Below, piece after piece: positions 14,942 to 23,744 of a stretch of 36,076 nt of DNA. The stretch is from a virus. Its lineage: Duplodnaviria; Caudoviricetes. Position 1 is the first letter of the stretch. The number at the start of each line of letters is the position of its first letter. A program made the position numbers and the translations under genes. The stretch spans positions 1 to 36,076 of the IMG/VR virus record IMGVR_UViG_3300033067_002443; one strand, written 5' to 3'. A model generated the notes under the pieces. It was not told where the DNA came from. It ran no database searches and worked only from the letters and a program-made list of their open reading frames with translations.

Positions 14942-16788
14942 TGGAGGCCTACGAGTCGCCCTGGTACGAGGCCGAAGAGGGCGAGGCTCACGGCCCGCTC
15001 GTTCGGACCGTCCGACAAATCTACGAGGCCCAGGCGGGCGCCCGGTTCGCCGACCTCCTCCACGCCGCGCTCTACGGCAACCTCGGCGCCGGCGGCGCAG
15101 CGGCTCCGGCACGGGCGATGGGCGTTCCCTCGCGACTGTCGCTCAACGTCATCCGGAACATGGTTGGCGCGGTCGTGTCGAAGATCGGCGCGAAGAACAA
15201 GCCCAAACCGCGGTTTCTCACGGTCGAAGGTGACTACGAGAAGCGCCAGCAGGCGGAGCTCCTCGACCGGTTCGTGGACGGCGTCTTCTACGAGTCCCGC
15301 GTCTACGCCTCCCTCACCGGCGTCTTCCGCCAGGCTGCGGTCTGGGGCACGGGCGCGCTCAAGGTCTACGACGACGGCCGGAAGGTCTGCGTCGAGCCCA
15401 CGCCGAAGACCGAGCTTCTCGTCGACGAGCTCGAGGGCCAGTACGGCGAGCCGCCGAACCTCTACCAGGTGAAGTACCACGACCGCCGAGCGCTGAAGAA
15501 GCGCTGGGCGAAGGACGACGAGCAGCTGGCAGCGCTCATCGACCGGTGCCCGCGCGAGACCGACGACATGACGGCGGCCCTGAACTCCACGGCCGACCAG
15601 GTGCGGGTCTACGAGGCCTGGCACGTCGACGACGACGGCGACGGGCGGCACGTGCTCGCGATCGACGGCGCGACGTTGCTGGACGAGGAGTGGGACGGCC
15701 CGTTTCCGTTTGCCTTTCTGCAGTGGTCGCGGCCGCTGGCTGGCTTCTGGGGAGTGGGACTCAGCGAAGAGCTGATGGGAATCCAGGCGGAGATCAACAA
15801 GCTCCTGCAGGACATCCAGAAAGCCCACCACCTCATCAAAGGCCACTACCTGGTCGAGCAGGGCGCCAAGATTACGACCGCGCACATCAACAACGACCTC
15901 GCCTCGATCGTGAAGTACACGGGCGTGCCGCCCCAGTACCAGGCGCCGCAGGCGATCGCGCCCGATGTCTACTCGCACCTCTGGCAGCTGTACGCCAAGG
16001 CGTTCGAAATCGCCGGCATCTCGCAACTGAACGCGACCGGACAGAAGCCCGCGGGGCTCGACTCGGGCGCCGCGCAGCGCGCGTACCAGGACATTCAGAC
16101 CGAACGCTTCCTCGAGCTTGGACAGGACTACGAGGAATTCGTCGTCGAGGCCGCGCGCCAGGTCGTGCGGTGTGCCAAGCGCATCGGCGGCGACTACACG
16201 GTTCGCAGCGTCGATCGTCGCGACATCCGCCCGGTGAAGTGGGCGGACATCGAGCTCTCCGACGACGACTACGTGATTCGCGTCTTCCCGACGTCGATGC
16301 TCCCGAGCACGTACGCCGGCAAGGTCCAGTGGGCCGAGGACATGATCAAGGCGAACCTCGCGCCGCCCGAGGACGTCCTCGACATCGTCGACTTCCCCGA
16401 CACCGAGGCCTACGCCCGACGCCGCAACGCCGCGCGCCGTGTCATCGAGCGGAACATCGCGTCGATGCTCCGCGGTGAGCCGGTGACGCCGGAGCCGCTC
16501 GACAACCACGCGCTGGCGCTCCGTCTCGTCAACGAGGCGTACCACGAGGCTCGCCTCGACGGCGTGCCCGACCACCTCCTCGAGCACCTGCGCCGGTACA
16601 TGGCCGACACGCAGGACTTCATGTCCCCGCCGCCTCCGCCACCTCCGCCGCCGGGCGCTGAGATGCCGATGGGAGCGGGGGCGCCTATGCCGCCGCCGGA
16701 CATGGCCGGGCCGATGGGTCCGATGCCTCCGATGGCTCCACCTCCGCCCATGGGTCCCGCACCCATGCCGATGGGACCGCCCCTATGA
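14941..16788 (+). CDS. Portal protein (podovirus type)
   Basis: 615 aa, first large gene of the head operon; LNVIRNMV, WGTGALKVY, VYEAWH, FWGVGL.EEL.GIQ..IN, GLDSGAAQR motifs; Pro/Met-rich tail. Confidence 0.88.
   Translation: MEAYESPWYEAEEGEAHGPLVRTVRQIYEAQAGARFADLLHAALYGNLGAGGAAAPARAMGVPSRLSLNVIRNMVGAVVSKIGAKNKPKPRFLTVEGDYEKRQQAELLDRFVDGVFYESRVYASLTGVFRQAAVWGTGALKVYDDGRKVCVEPTPKTELLVDELEGQYGEPPNLYQVKYHDRRALKKRWAKDDEQLAALIDRCPRETDDMTAALNSTADQVRVYEAWHVDDDGDGRHVLAIDGATLLDEEWDGPFPFAFLQWSRPLAGFWGVGLSEELMGIQAEINKLLQDIQKAHHLIKGHYLVEQGAKITTAHINNDLASIVKYTGVPPQYQAPQAIAPDVYSHLWQLYAKAFEIAGISQLNATGQKPAGLDSGAAQRAYQDIQTERFLELGQDYEEFVVEAARQVVRCAKRIGGDYTVRSVDRRDIRPVKWADIELSDDDYVIRVFPTSMLPSTYAGKVQWAEDMIKANLAPPEDVLDIVDFPDTEAYARRRNAARRVIERNIASMLRGEPVTPEPLDNHALALRLVNEAYHEARLDGVPDHLLEHLRRYMADTQDFMSPPPPPPPPPGAEMPMGAGAPMPPPDMAGPMGPMPPMAPPPPMGPAPMPMGPPL
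16621..16785 (+). repeat. Pro/Met/Gly low-complexity tail of the portal
   Basis: MSPPPPPPPPPGAEMPMGAGAPMPPPDMAGPMGPMPPMAPPPPMGPAPMPMGPPL. Confidence 0.8.
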
Positions 16789-17750
16789 CGATCGATCTCG
16801 CCGCGCTCGAGGCCGCCGCCTCCGAGGTTTTCGGCCCTCCCACGCCCTCCGAGGAGCCCGTCCCGTCGACGGAGCCCGAGGCACCCGCCGAGCCCGAGAA
16901 GCCCGCCGAAGAGCCCGCGAAGGAGCCGGAGAAGCCCGCCGAGGACCCGAAGATCGCCGCGCGCCTGCTCGCCGCCAAGCGACAGGAGATCAAGATCGCC
17001 CAGCAGCGCGCCGAGCTCCGCCAGCTCGAGCAAGCCATCGCCAAGCAGCGCGACGAGCTCGGCCCGACGCGCGAGCTCAAGGCGCAGCTGGAAGCCGCGA
17101 AGGATTCGCCGAGCAAGCTGCTCGAGCTGAGCGGCCTGTCGCCGAAGGACTTTCTGGAGAAGCTCGCTGGCGAGCACGAGCCGGGCGCCCAGGTCGCGAC
17201 CGTCGAGGCCCGCATTGCGCGAGAGCTTGCGGCCACGCGTGCGGAGCTCCAGGCGCTGAAGACGCAGCTGGAGGCACGAGAGACGGCCGCAACGCGAGCC
17301 ACGCTGGATGCCCAGGTCGAGCAGGGCCAGCAGGCGTTCCTCGAGCACGTCGCGTCGTCGGCGGAGCTGTACCCAAACCTCGTCGACCTCTACACGCCCA
17401 GCCGCATCGCCCGCGAAGCACTCGCGGTCGCCGAGCAGCACGGGGCGGCGTACTACAAGAAATTCGGAGAGTACCCGAGCGATTCCGTCATCGCGGAGCA
17501 CCTCGAAGAGGTCGCGAAGCAGGAAGCGGAAGAGCGGCGCGCATGGCAAGCGCGCGTCGGAAAGCCCAGCGAGGGCGGCAGCGGTGAATTGAAGCAGAGG
17601 GCGAAGGTGACAGCCCCAGGTCCGCGCACGCTCACGTCTAAGGCAGCCTCGGAGAAAGCGTCTCCCCCACGCACTTGGGACCAGAACTGGGCGGACGAAG
17701 AGTCGCTCAGGATCCTCGAAGCGGGGCTCAGCTCGAAGCGATCTGCCTGA
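16785..17750 (+). CDS. Capsid scaffolding protein
   Basis: Acidic P/E-rich N-terminus and long coiled coils; located between portal and capsid. Confidence 0.75.
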   Translation: MTIDLAALEAAASEVFGPPTPSEEPVPSTEPEAPAEPEKPAEEPAKEPEKPAEDPKIAARLLAAKRQEIKIAQQRAELRQLEQAIAKQRDELGPTRELKAQLEAAKDSPSKLLELSGLSPKDFLEKLAGEHEPGAQVATVEARIARELAATRAELQALKTQLEARETAATRATLDAQVEQGQQAFLEHVASSAELYPNLVDLYTPSRIAREALAVAEQHGAAYYKKFGEYPSDSVIAEHLEEVAKQEAEERRAWQARVGKPSEGGSGELKQRAKVTAPGPRTLTSKAASEKASPPRTWDQNWADEESLRILEAGLSSKRSA

Positions 17751-17800
17751 ACTGACGAGGGCACGCGCGGTGGCGTCCACCACCTCACGCGGAGTCCACC

Positions 17801-19027
17801 ATGTCTCTCGATATCACCGCACTTACCGCGGTACTCAAGGTTCAGTACACCCAGAAGAAGGTCAACACCCTCTCGTATACCAACAACCCGTTCTGGGCCA
17901 TGCTGCCCAAGCGCACGGACTTCGTTGGTATCAACAAAGTCGTCGCCCTCCGGAATGCCAATCCGCAGGGTCGCGCGTACGACTTCACGAGCGGTCTGAC
18001 CAACGTTTCGCCGTCGGTCTACAACCGGTTCCAGGTCACCCGCGCGAAGGACTACGCCTTCGGCCGCGTGTTCGGCGAGGCCATCGAGGCGTCGGCGAAG
18101 GACGCGGGCTCGTTGCTCGCGGGCCTCAAGGCCGAAATCGACGGCGCGATGTACACCGCCACGCGGTCGCTCGCGAAGGACCTCTTCGGCAACGGCGGTG
18201 GCGCTCGAGGCCAGATCTCCGCCGGCTCCAACGTCGGCACCCCGACCATCACGCTCGCGGACACCTCGCAGATCGTGAACTTCGAGGTCGGCATGAAGCT
18301 CCGTGTCTCGGCCACGGACGGCACGAGCGGCTCGCAGCGCGCGGGCACCGTGACGGTCACCGCGGTCGACCGCGTTGCCGGCACCATCACCGCGTCCGGC
18401 AACTGGACCGCGGGCATCGCGGCGGCTGCAGCGTCCGACTTCATCTTCCAGGACGGCGACTTTGCGGCCACCAACCAGGCCGTGACGGGCCTCGCGGGCT
18501 GGATTCCGGCGACGGCCCCGGGCGCGACGGCGTTCTTCGGCCTCGACCGCTCCAGCGATCCGGTTCGCCTCGGCGGCGTCCGGTACACGACCGGCTCAGG
18601 TGGGCCGATCGAGGAGATCCTCATCGCGACGGCGGCCCTCGTGGTGCGTGAAGGCGGCAAGCCCACCCACGTGTTCATGAACCCGCTCGACGTCGCGAAC
18701 CTCATCATGGCTCTCGGCTCGAAGGTCATCTACGACCGGTCGAAGAGCTTCGACGACCCCGACATCGGCTTCGAGACCGTGAAGTTCATGGGTCCTGCGG
18801 GTGTGATGCAGATCGTCCCCGACCTGAACTGCCCGCGCGGCAAGGGTTGGATGCTGCAGATGGACACGTGGTGCTTCGAGTCGCTCAACGGCGCGCCGCG
18901 GATCCTCAACCTCGACGGCCAGGACATGCTCCGCGACGCCACGGCGGACGCGTACATCTTCCGGATTGGCTACTACGGAAACCTCACCTGCTCTGCCCCC
19001 GGGTGGAACGCCTACTTCGCACTCTGA
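17801..19027 (+). CDS. Major capsid protein
   Basis: 408 aa after the scaffold with GGAG RBS; NPFWAML, LFGNG, GLAGWIP, FFGLDRS, YGNL.C.APG.N; strongly biased codon usage. Confidence 0.85.
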   Translation: MSLDITALTAVLKVQYTQKKVNTLSYTNNPFWAMLPKRTDFVGINKVVALRNANPQGRAYDFTSGLTNVSPSVYNRFQVTRAKDYAFGRVFGEAIEASAKDAGSLLAGLKAEIDGAMYTATRSLAKDLFGNGGGARGQISAGSNVGTPTITLADTSQIVNFEVGMKLRVSATDGTSGSQRAGTVTVTAVDRVAGTITASGNWTAGIAAAAASDFIFQDGDFAATNQAVTGLAGWIPATAPGATAFFGLDRSSDPVRLGGVRYTTGSGGPIEEILIATAALVVREGGKPTHVFMNPLDVANLIMALGSKVIYDRSKSFDDPDIGFETVKFMGPAGVMQIVPDLNCPRGKGWMLQMDTWCFESLNGAPRILNLDGQDMLRDATADAYIFRIGYYGNLTCSAPGWNAYFAL

Positions 19028-19039
19028 GAGGAGGACCCA

Positions 19040-19438
19040 ATGGCGAATCGCACTTGGTACCCCTCGATGTCGTACGGAAGCAGCCGGGTTTATCTCGACT
19101 TCTTCTTCCTCACCAACAACACCTCCACGCCGCTGCTCTCGACGCTCGACGGCGCGGGCATCGACACGGTGGCCTCGTTCAACCGAACGGGCGCCGGCAT
19201 CATCGTCGTCACGCTGAAGGACCCGTTCACGAAGGTGATTCGTGCGGGCGCTGAGCTCGACGACACGGCCAACGACGGCGCGTACGCGACCGTCGGGAAC
19301 ATCGCCAACGAAGGCACCAACTCGGGCATCGCCTTCACCATCCGCCTCCGCGCCGCGGCAGGCACGCTCACCGACTACACGGGCCGCAAGTGCTCCGTCG
19401 GGCTCGTGCTCAAGAACGGCAACTGGGGCGTGAAGTGA
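19040..19438 (+). CDS. Putative capsid decoration / minor head protein
   Basis: GAGGAGG RBS; 132-aa beta-rich T/G/A protein directly after the MCP. Confidence 0.55.
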   Translation: MANRTWYPSMSYGSSRVYLDFFFLTNNTSTPLLSTLDGAGIDTVASFNRTGAGIIVVTLKDPFTKVIRAGAELDDTANDGAYATVGNIANEGTNSGIAFTIRLRAAAGTLTDYTGRKCSVGLVLKNGNWGVK

Positions 19439-19635
19439 AGCCCGAGAAGAAGCCTGCGCTCTCGCTCGTCATCGGGATGGGCAAGGGCAAGGGCGAGGAC
19501 GCCGACGAGGGCGACGACGAGGGCGGGGAGTACTCCGCGATCGTCGACGAACTCGCCGACGTCCTCGGGGTCGCGGACGACAAGAAGCAGGACTTCGCGG
19601 ACGCCTTCAAGGCCGCGGTCATGCACTGCAAGTGA
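19435..19635 (+). CDS. Small acidic hypothetical protein
   Basis: GTG start overlapping the previous stop; KPEKKPALSLVIGMGKGKGEDADEGDD... Confidence 0.6.
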   Translation: MKPEKKPALSLVIGMGKGKGEDADEGDDEGGEYSAIVDELADVLGVADDKKQDFADAFKAAVMHCK

Positions 19636-19647
19636 CCGGAGGCATCC

Positions 19648-20316
19648 GTGGCAAGGACGAGAACCCTCACTGACATGCTCCTGGACATCCGGCAGCGGAC
19701 CAACCAGGAGAACTCGACCTTCGTCACGGATGCCGAGCTCACCGAGTACCTGAACCAGGAGCTCGCCGAACTCTACACCCGCATCGTGCAGGCGCAGGGC
19801 CCGGCGCACTACCGGTCGTCGTCGTCGGTGAGCGTTACCTCGGGCACGGCGCTCTACAGCCTGCCGGCAGACTTATGGCAGGTGCAGCAGGTGGAGGCCG
19901 TCATCGGCGGCGTGACGTGGCGGCTCCGGCCCTTCATGGGCTACGAGCATGCTCCGCTCGCGTCGACGGGACGGCCGCTCGCCTACTACGCGCCGGTGAA
20001 GTACCGCGTGCAGGCGGACCAGATCGAGTTCCTACCCCCGACGCAGACCTTCACCGCGACGGTCTACTACACGAAGGCTCCGCCCCGGCTCTCGGCGGGG
20101 AGCGACACCTTCGACGGGTTCGCGGGCTACGAGGTTGCCGCCATCTACGGCGCGTGCGCCACGGTGCTCGCCAAGGAAGAGAGCGACCCGAGCTTCTACT
20201 CGATGCAGAAGGATCGCATCCTGAAGCACATCGACTCGCTGGCGGGTCAGCGCGACGAGAACGAGCCCGAGCGCGTCCAGGACGTCGACGGCGGGGACCT
20301 GGGGTGGGTCCTCTGA
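19648..20316 (+). CDS. Head-tail adaptor (P22 gp4 / T7 gp11-like gatekeeper)
   Basis: IRQRTNQENSTFVTDAELTEYLNQ, YSLPADL, position after the head genes. Confidence 0.7.
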   Translation: MARTRTLTDMLLDIRQRTNQENSTFVTDAELTEYLNQELAELYTRIVQAQGPAHYRSSSSVSVTSGTALYSLPADLWQVQQVEAVIGGVTWRLRPFMGYEHAPLASTGRPLAYYAPVKYRVQADQIEFLPPTQTFTATVYYTKAPPRLSAGSDTFDGFAGYEVAAIYGACATVLAKEESDPSFYSMQKDRILKHIDSLAGQRDENEPERVQDVDGGDLGWVL

Positions 20317-20633
20317 TGGCGTCCACGAAGCTGGCCCTTCGCCGCGTCCACACGGGCACCTTCACGGGTGACCAGACGCAGCGGCTCGCCCAGCAGGCGG
20401 CGCAGATCACCAACGGCGCGCCGTTTCTCTCGGGCCGACTCCTGAAGCGGGTGGCCATCGGGACGTCGGCGACGACCATCAACCACGGGCTCGGTCGGGC
20501 CTGGCAGGGTTGGTTCCTGACTCGGCTCGGGACGAGCACGACGGTCTACGAGTCGTCGACGCAGCCGGACGCGACCCGGCAGATCGCCCTCCAGGCAGGG
20601 TTCAACATCACCGTGGACCTCTGGATCTTCTGA
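20316..20633 (+). CDS. Virion structural protein, hypothetical
   Basis: Start re-called to ATG 20316; TINHGLGRAWQGW motif; coupled on both sides. Confidence 0.6.
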   Translation: MASTKLALRRVHTGTFTGDQTQRLAQQAAQITNGAPFLSGRLLKRVAIGTSATTINHGLGRAWQGWFLTRLGTSTTVYESSTQPDATRQIALQAGFNITVDLWIF

Positions 20634-23600
20634 TGCCCTTGCAGCGCGCACTCCAGCAGACCGGCTTCCGGTTCGGCGTCCAGGAAGGGACGGACCCGCA
20701 CGCGGTCCCCTTCGGCACTCTGACGCGCGCCGAGAACGTCCGCTGGGCCAAGGCGGGCGCCATCTCCAAGCGCTACGGAACCAGCACGCTTCCCCAGTCG
20801 GTCCAGGGCGGCGGCTCTATCTCGGCGGCCGCCCGGCTCTTCGCTCGCGGCAACGAGCTGAACCTCATCGACGGCACCGACCTCTACGCGTACTCGTCGG
20901 CGCAGGGGAAGTGGAAGAACATCGACCGCGTTCCCGACGTCGGGCTGACCTGGTCGACCCTGCTCGACACGACCTTGGGCGTGCAGTGCGTGGACCACGC
21001 ACTCAGCTCGGGTGGCTACCTCGTCACGGCGTGGACGACGGGCGACCCGCAGACGGCCACCGCTCAGGGCTACTGCTACGTGCAGGTCACCGACAAGGCG
21101 ACGGGCGCGGTCCTGATGCCGGCATCCCGTGTGCAAGCGTTCGCCAACGCGAGCAGCTGCCGCGTGCTCATCTCGGGCACGAACGCGTTCATCCTGACGC
21201 GCGCGGGCGCCAACACCTACGCGTCGTCGATCGACCTGACGACGATGACGCTGAACACGGCTGCTTCCCTCCGTGGCGACGGCAACACGACGTATCTCAG
21301 CTGGGACGCGATGCTCATCGGGTCGAGCATCGTCATCTGTTACGTGGGCCCGGGGCCCGGCATCAAGCTCTACGCGTACTCGTACACGGGACCGTCGACG
21401 TACACGCAAACGGCGACGGGCGGCGTGACGGGTGAGGCGGCGACGCAGTACGGGCCGATCGCCATCGACGGCATTTCCGGCGAGCGGATCTGGGTCGTCT
21501 ACGGCACCCTCGCGCCGAGCATCAAGGTCCGGTTCGCCGCGGTGAGCGACTCGACCCTGGCGCAAACCATCGCGCCGACCGACATCGAGACCGCGTCGGG
21601 CTTCAACAGCTTCGGCAACACCACCGTGAAGCGCATCGACTCCGGCAGCGCGCTCGCGGGCTGGTCCACGGTGCAGGGCCTCAGCGTCCAGCAGCGCGCG
21701 TCGTCGGCGGTCATCACGACGGCACCGGCAGTGACGACAACGAGCCTCCGTGGAACGTGGTGCTCAGCGTTTCTGAGTCGCATCTTCGCGATGGGGTCGA
21801 AGTACTACGCCTTCGTCTCCGACGATGCGACCGCGGGCGTTGCCGTTCCCGGCACGAACAGCGCGCTGGTGGAGATCGAGACGTCCACGAAGGGCTCGCT
21901 CACGACCTACGTACCTCACCGGTACGCGGGGAAGGTCGACCTCCTCATCGCGGGGGCGTACGGCAAGGCTCCGATCGCCTGCCTCCCCGGGCCGATTACG
22001 GCGAGCTCGACGGAGGTGCTCTGCGGGCTGCCGTTCCAGTCGGCGGCGTCGGTCACGTCCACGAACTGGCGCTGCGGCATTCGGCTCGTAAGCTGCACCA
22101 CGGGGGCTTCGCTGCCTACGGACCAGTGGCGCACGGTGACGTACGGTCCTGAAGCCTACGTTGCGGGCCCGGTCCTCTCGGCATGCGACGGCCGGCTTTG
22201 CTTCGACTACGGCGGCTCGAGGGCTCCGGCGTTCCTGTTGGCGACAGCGGCGGGCGGCGGGCAGATGGCGGCGGGGGCGTACCTCTACGCGGCGGTCGCG
22301 GAGTTCCGCTCGAGCGCGGGCATCCTTCACCGATCCGCGACGGTGACCTACCCCACGTCGGTCACGTCGGGGGCGCTCGGCAAAGTGACCCTCGACATCA
22401 TGGGGCTGTCGCTGCAGTCCAAGCAGGACGTCGCGAACGGGGCGCTTGCGGTGAACACGGGTCCGACGCTGCTGGCGCTCTACCGTACCGCTGCGAACGG
22501 GTCCTCGTACTACCGACTGACCGCGGAGCCACGATTCAACATCGCCACGAACGATCCGATGGCGAGCCTCGTGTCTCCGGTCGACACGCGAAACGACACG
22601 GCCATTGACGGCTCGGCGCAGCTTCTGACGACGCAGCCGCTCCTGTACACGACGGGCGGCATCCTCGACGACTACCAGCCCCCGGCGTTCACCACGATGG
22701 TACAGCACCGTTCGCGCCTCTGGGGCGTCGATGGCGGCGGGCGAACCGTGTGGTTCTCGAAGTCCTTTCAGGACGACCCGAGCATCGCGCCCGGGTTTCA
22801 CCCGAACCTTCGCCTCACCTTCGACGCCCCGGTCACGGCGCTCGCGAGCATGGACGACAAGCTCGTGGCCTTCGGGTCGGACTGGATCTCCTACTTCCTC
22901 GGGGAGGGGCCATCGCCCGCGGGCACCGGCTCCGACCTGTCGGGGGAGATCACGATCCAGACCGACGTGGGCTGCACGAACCCGCGGTCGGTCGTGTCGA
23001 TGCCCGACGGCGTCATGTTCCAGTCGGACCGCGGCATCTACCTCCTGACGCGCGCGCTCGAGCTGGTCTGGATCGGGCGACCCATCATGGACACGCTCGC
23101 GAGCTACCCGAACATCACGTCAGCGACCCTCGTGGCGAAGCGGAACGAGATCCGGTTCACGGCCAACAACGCTGCCGGCAGCGCGAGCCGCACGCTGGTG
23201 TGGAACTACGTCGAGAAGCAGTGGAGCGTGAGCCGTTACGCCGGTGACGCGGCGATCGCCGACGCGTGCATGTGGTCCGGGGCCTGGACCTTCGTGACGA
23301 CAGCCGGCCTCGTCTACCAGGAGACGGAGTCGACGTACCTGGACGCGGGCACCTACGTGCCGATGGTCCTCGAGACGGCCTGGATCTCCGCCGCCGGCCC
23401 GCTTGCGTACCACTCCGTTCGGACGATGCAGCTCGAGGGCGTCAGTGCCTCGAACCATGACCTCACGATCGAGTGCGCCTTTGACGGAGAGACGACCTAC
23501 GTGCAGTCGAAGACGTTCGCGGCAGGGACGCCGGTGACGACGATCGGGCCGCTCGAGCAGGCGGAGATCACGATCGGCACGCGACGGAAGTGCCAGCACA

Positions 23601-23740
23601 TCCGCTTCCGCATCTCCGACGCGACGCCGTCGGGAGGGTTCGCGGTCGGCACGGGGCAAGGTCCCGCGCTCGACACGATGGGTATCGAGGTCGGGGTGAA
23701 GCAAGGCTTCGCGGTGAATCCCGCGACGAAGAAGGGGTGA
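20633..23740 (+). CDS. Tail nozzle / tubular protein B-like (P22 gp10 / T7 gp12-like beta-propeller)
   Basis: 1035 aa, beta-rich; LTRAENVRW, RLWGV...VWFS, DVGCTNPRSVVSMPDGVMFQSDRGIYLL, WNYVEKQWS. Confidence 0.75.
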   Translation: MPLQRALQQTGFRFGVQEGTDPHAVPFGTLTRAENVRWAKAGAISKRYGTSTLPQSVQGGGSISAAARLFARGNELNLIDGTDLYAYSSAQGKWKNIDRVPDVGLTWSTLLDTTLGVQCVDHALSSGGYLVTAWTTGDPQTATAQGYCYVQVTDKATGAVLMPASRVQAFANASSCRVLISGTNAFILTRAGANTYASSIDLTTMTLNTAASLRGDGNTTYLSWDAMLIGSSIVICYVGPGPGIKLYAYSYTGPSTYTQTATGGVTGEAATQYGPIAIDGISGERIWVVYGTLAPSIKVRFAAVSDSTLAQTIAPTDIETASGFNSFGNTTVKRIDSGSALAGWSTVQGLSVQQRASSAVITTAPAVTTTSLRGTWCSAFLSRIFAMGSKYYAFVSDDATAGVAVPGTNSALVEIETSTKGSLTTYVPHRYAGKVDLLIAGAYGKAPIACLPGPITASSTEVLCGLPFQSAASVTSTNWRCGIRLVSCTTGASLPTDQWRTVTYGPEAYVAGPVLSACDGRLCFDYGGSRAPAFLLATAAGGGQMAAGAYLYAAVAEFRSSAGILHRSATVTYPTSVTSGALGKVTLDIMGLSLQSKQDVANGALAVNTGPTLLALYRTAANGSSYYRLTAEPRFNIATNDPMASLVSPVDTRNDTAIDGSAQLLTTQPLLYTTGGILDDYQPPAFTTMVQHRSRLWGVDGGGRTVWFSKSFQDDPSIAPGFHPNLRLTFDAPVTALASMDDKLVAFGSDWISYFLGEGPSPAGTGSDLSGEITIQTDVGCTNPRSVVSMPDGVMFQSDRGIYLLTRALELVWIGRPIMDTLASYPNITSATLVAKRNEIRFTANNAAGSASRTLVWNYVEKQWSVSRYAGDAAIADACMWSGAWTFVTTAGLVYQETESTYLDAGTYVPMVLETAWISAAGPLAYHSVRTMQLEGVSASNHDLTIECAFDGETTYVQSKTFAAGTPVTTIGPLEQAEITIGTRRKCQHIRFRISDATPSGGFAVGTGQGPALDTMGIEVGVKQGFAVNPATKKG

Positions 23741-23744
23741 CGGG

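Noticed and set aside
14938-17783. 549-aa and 457-aa minus-strand ORFs
   Set aside because: Antisense shadows of the portal and scaffold genes.
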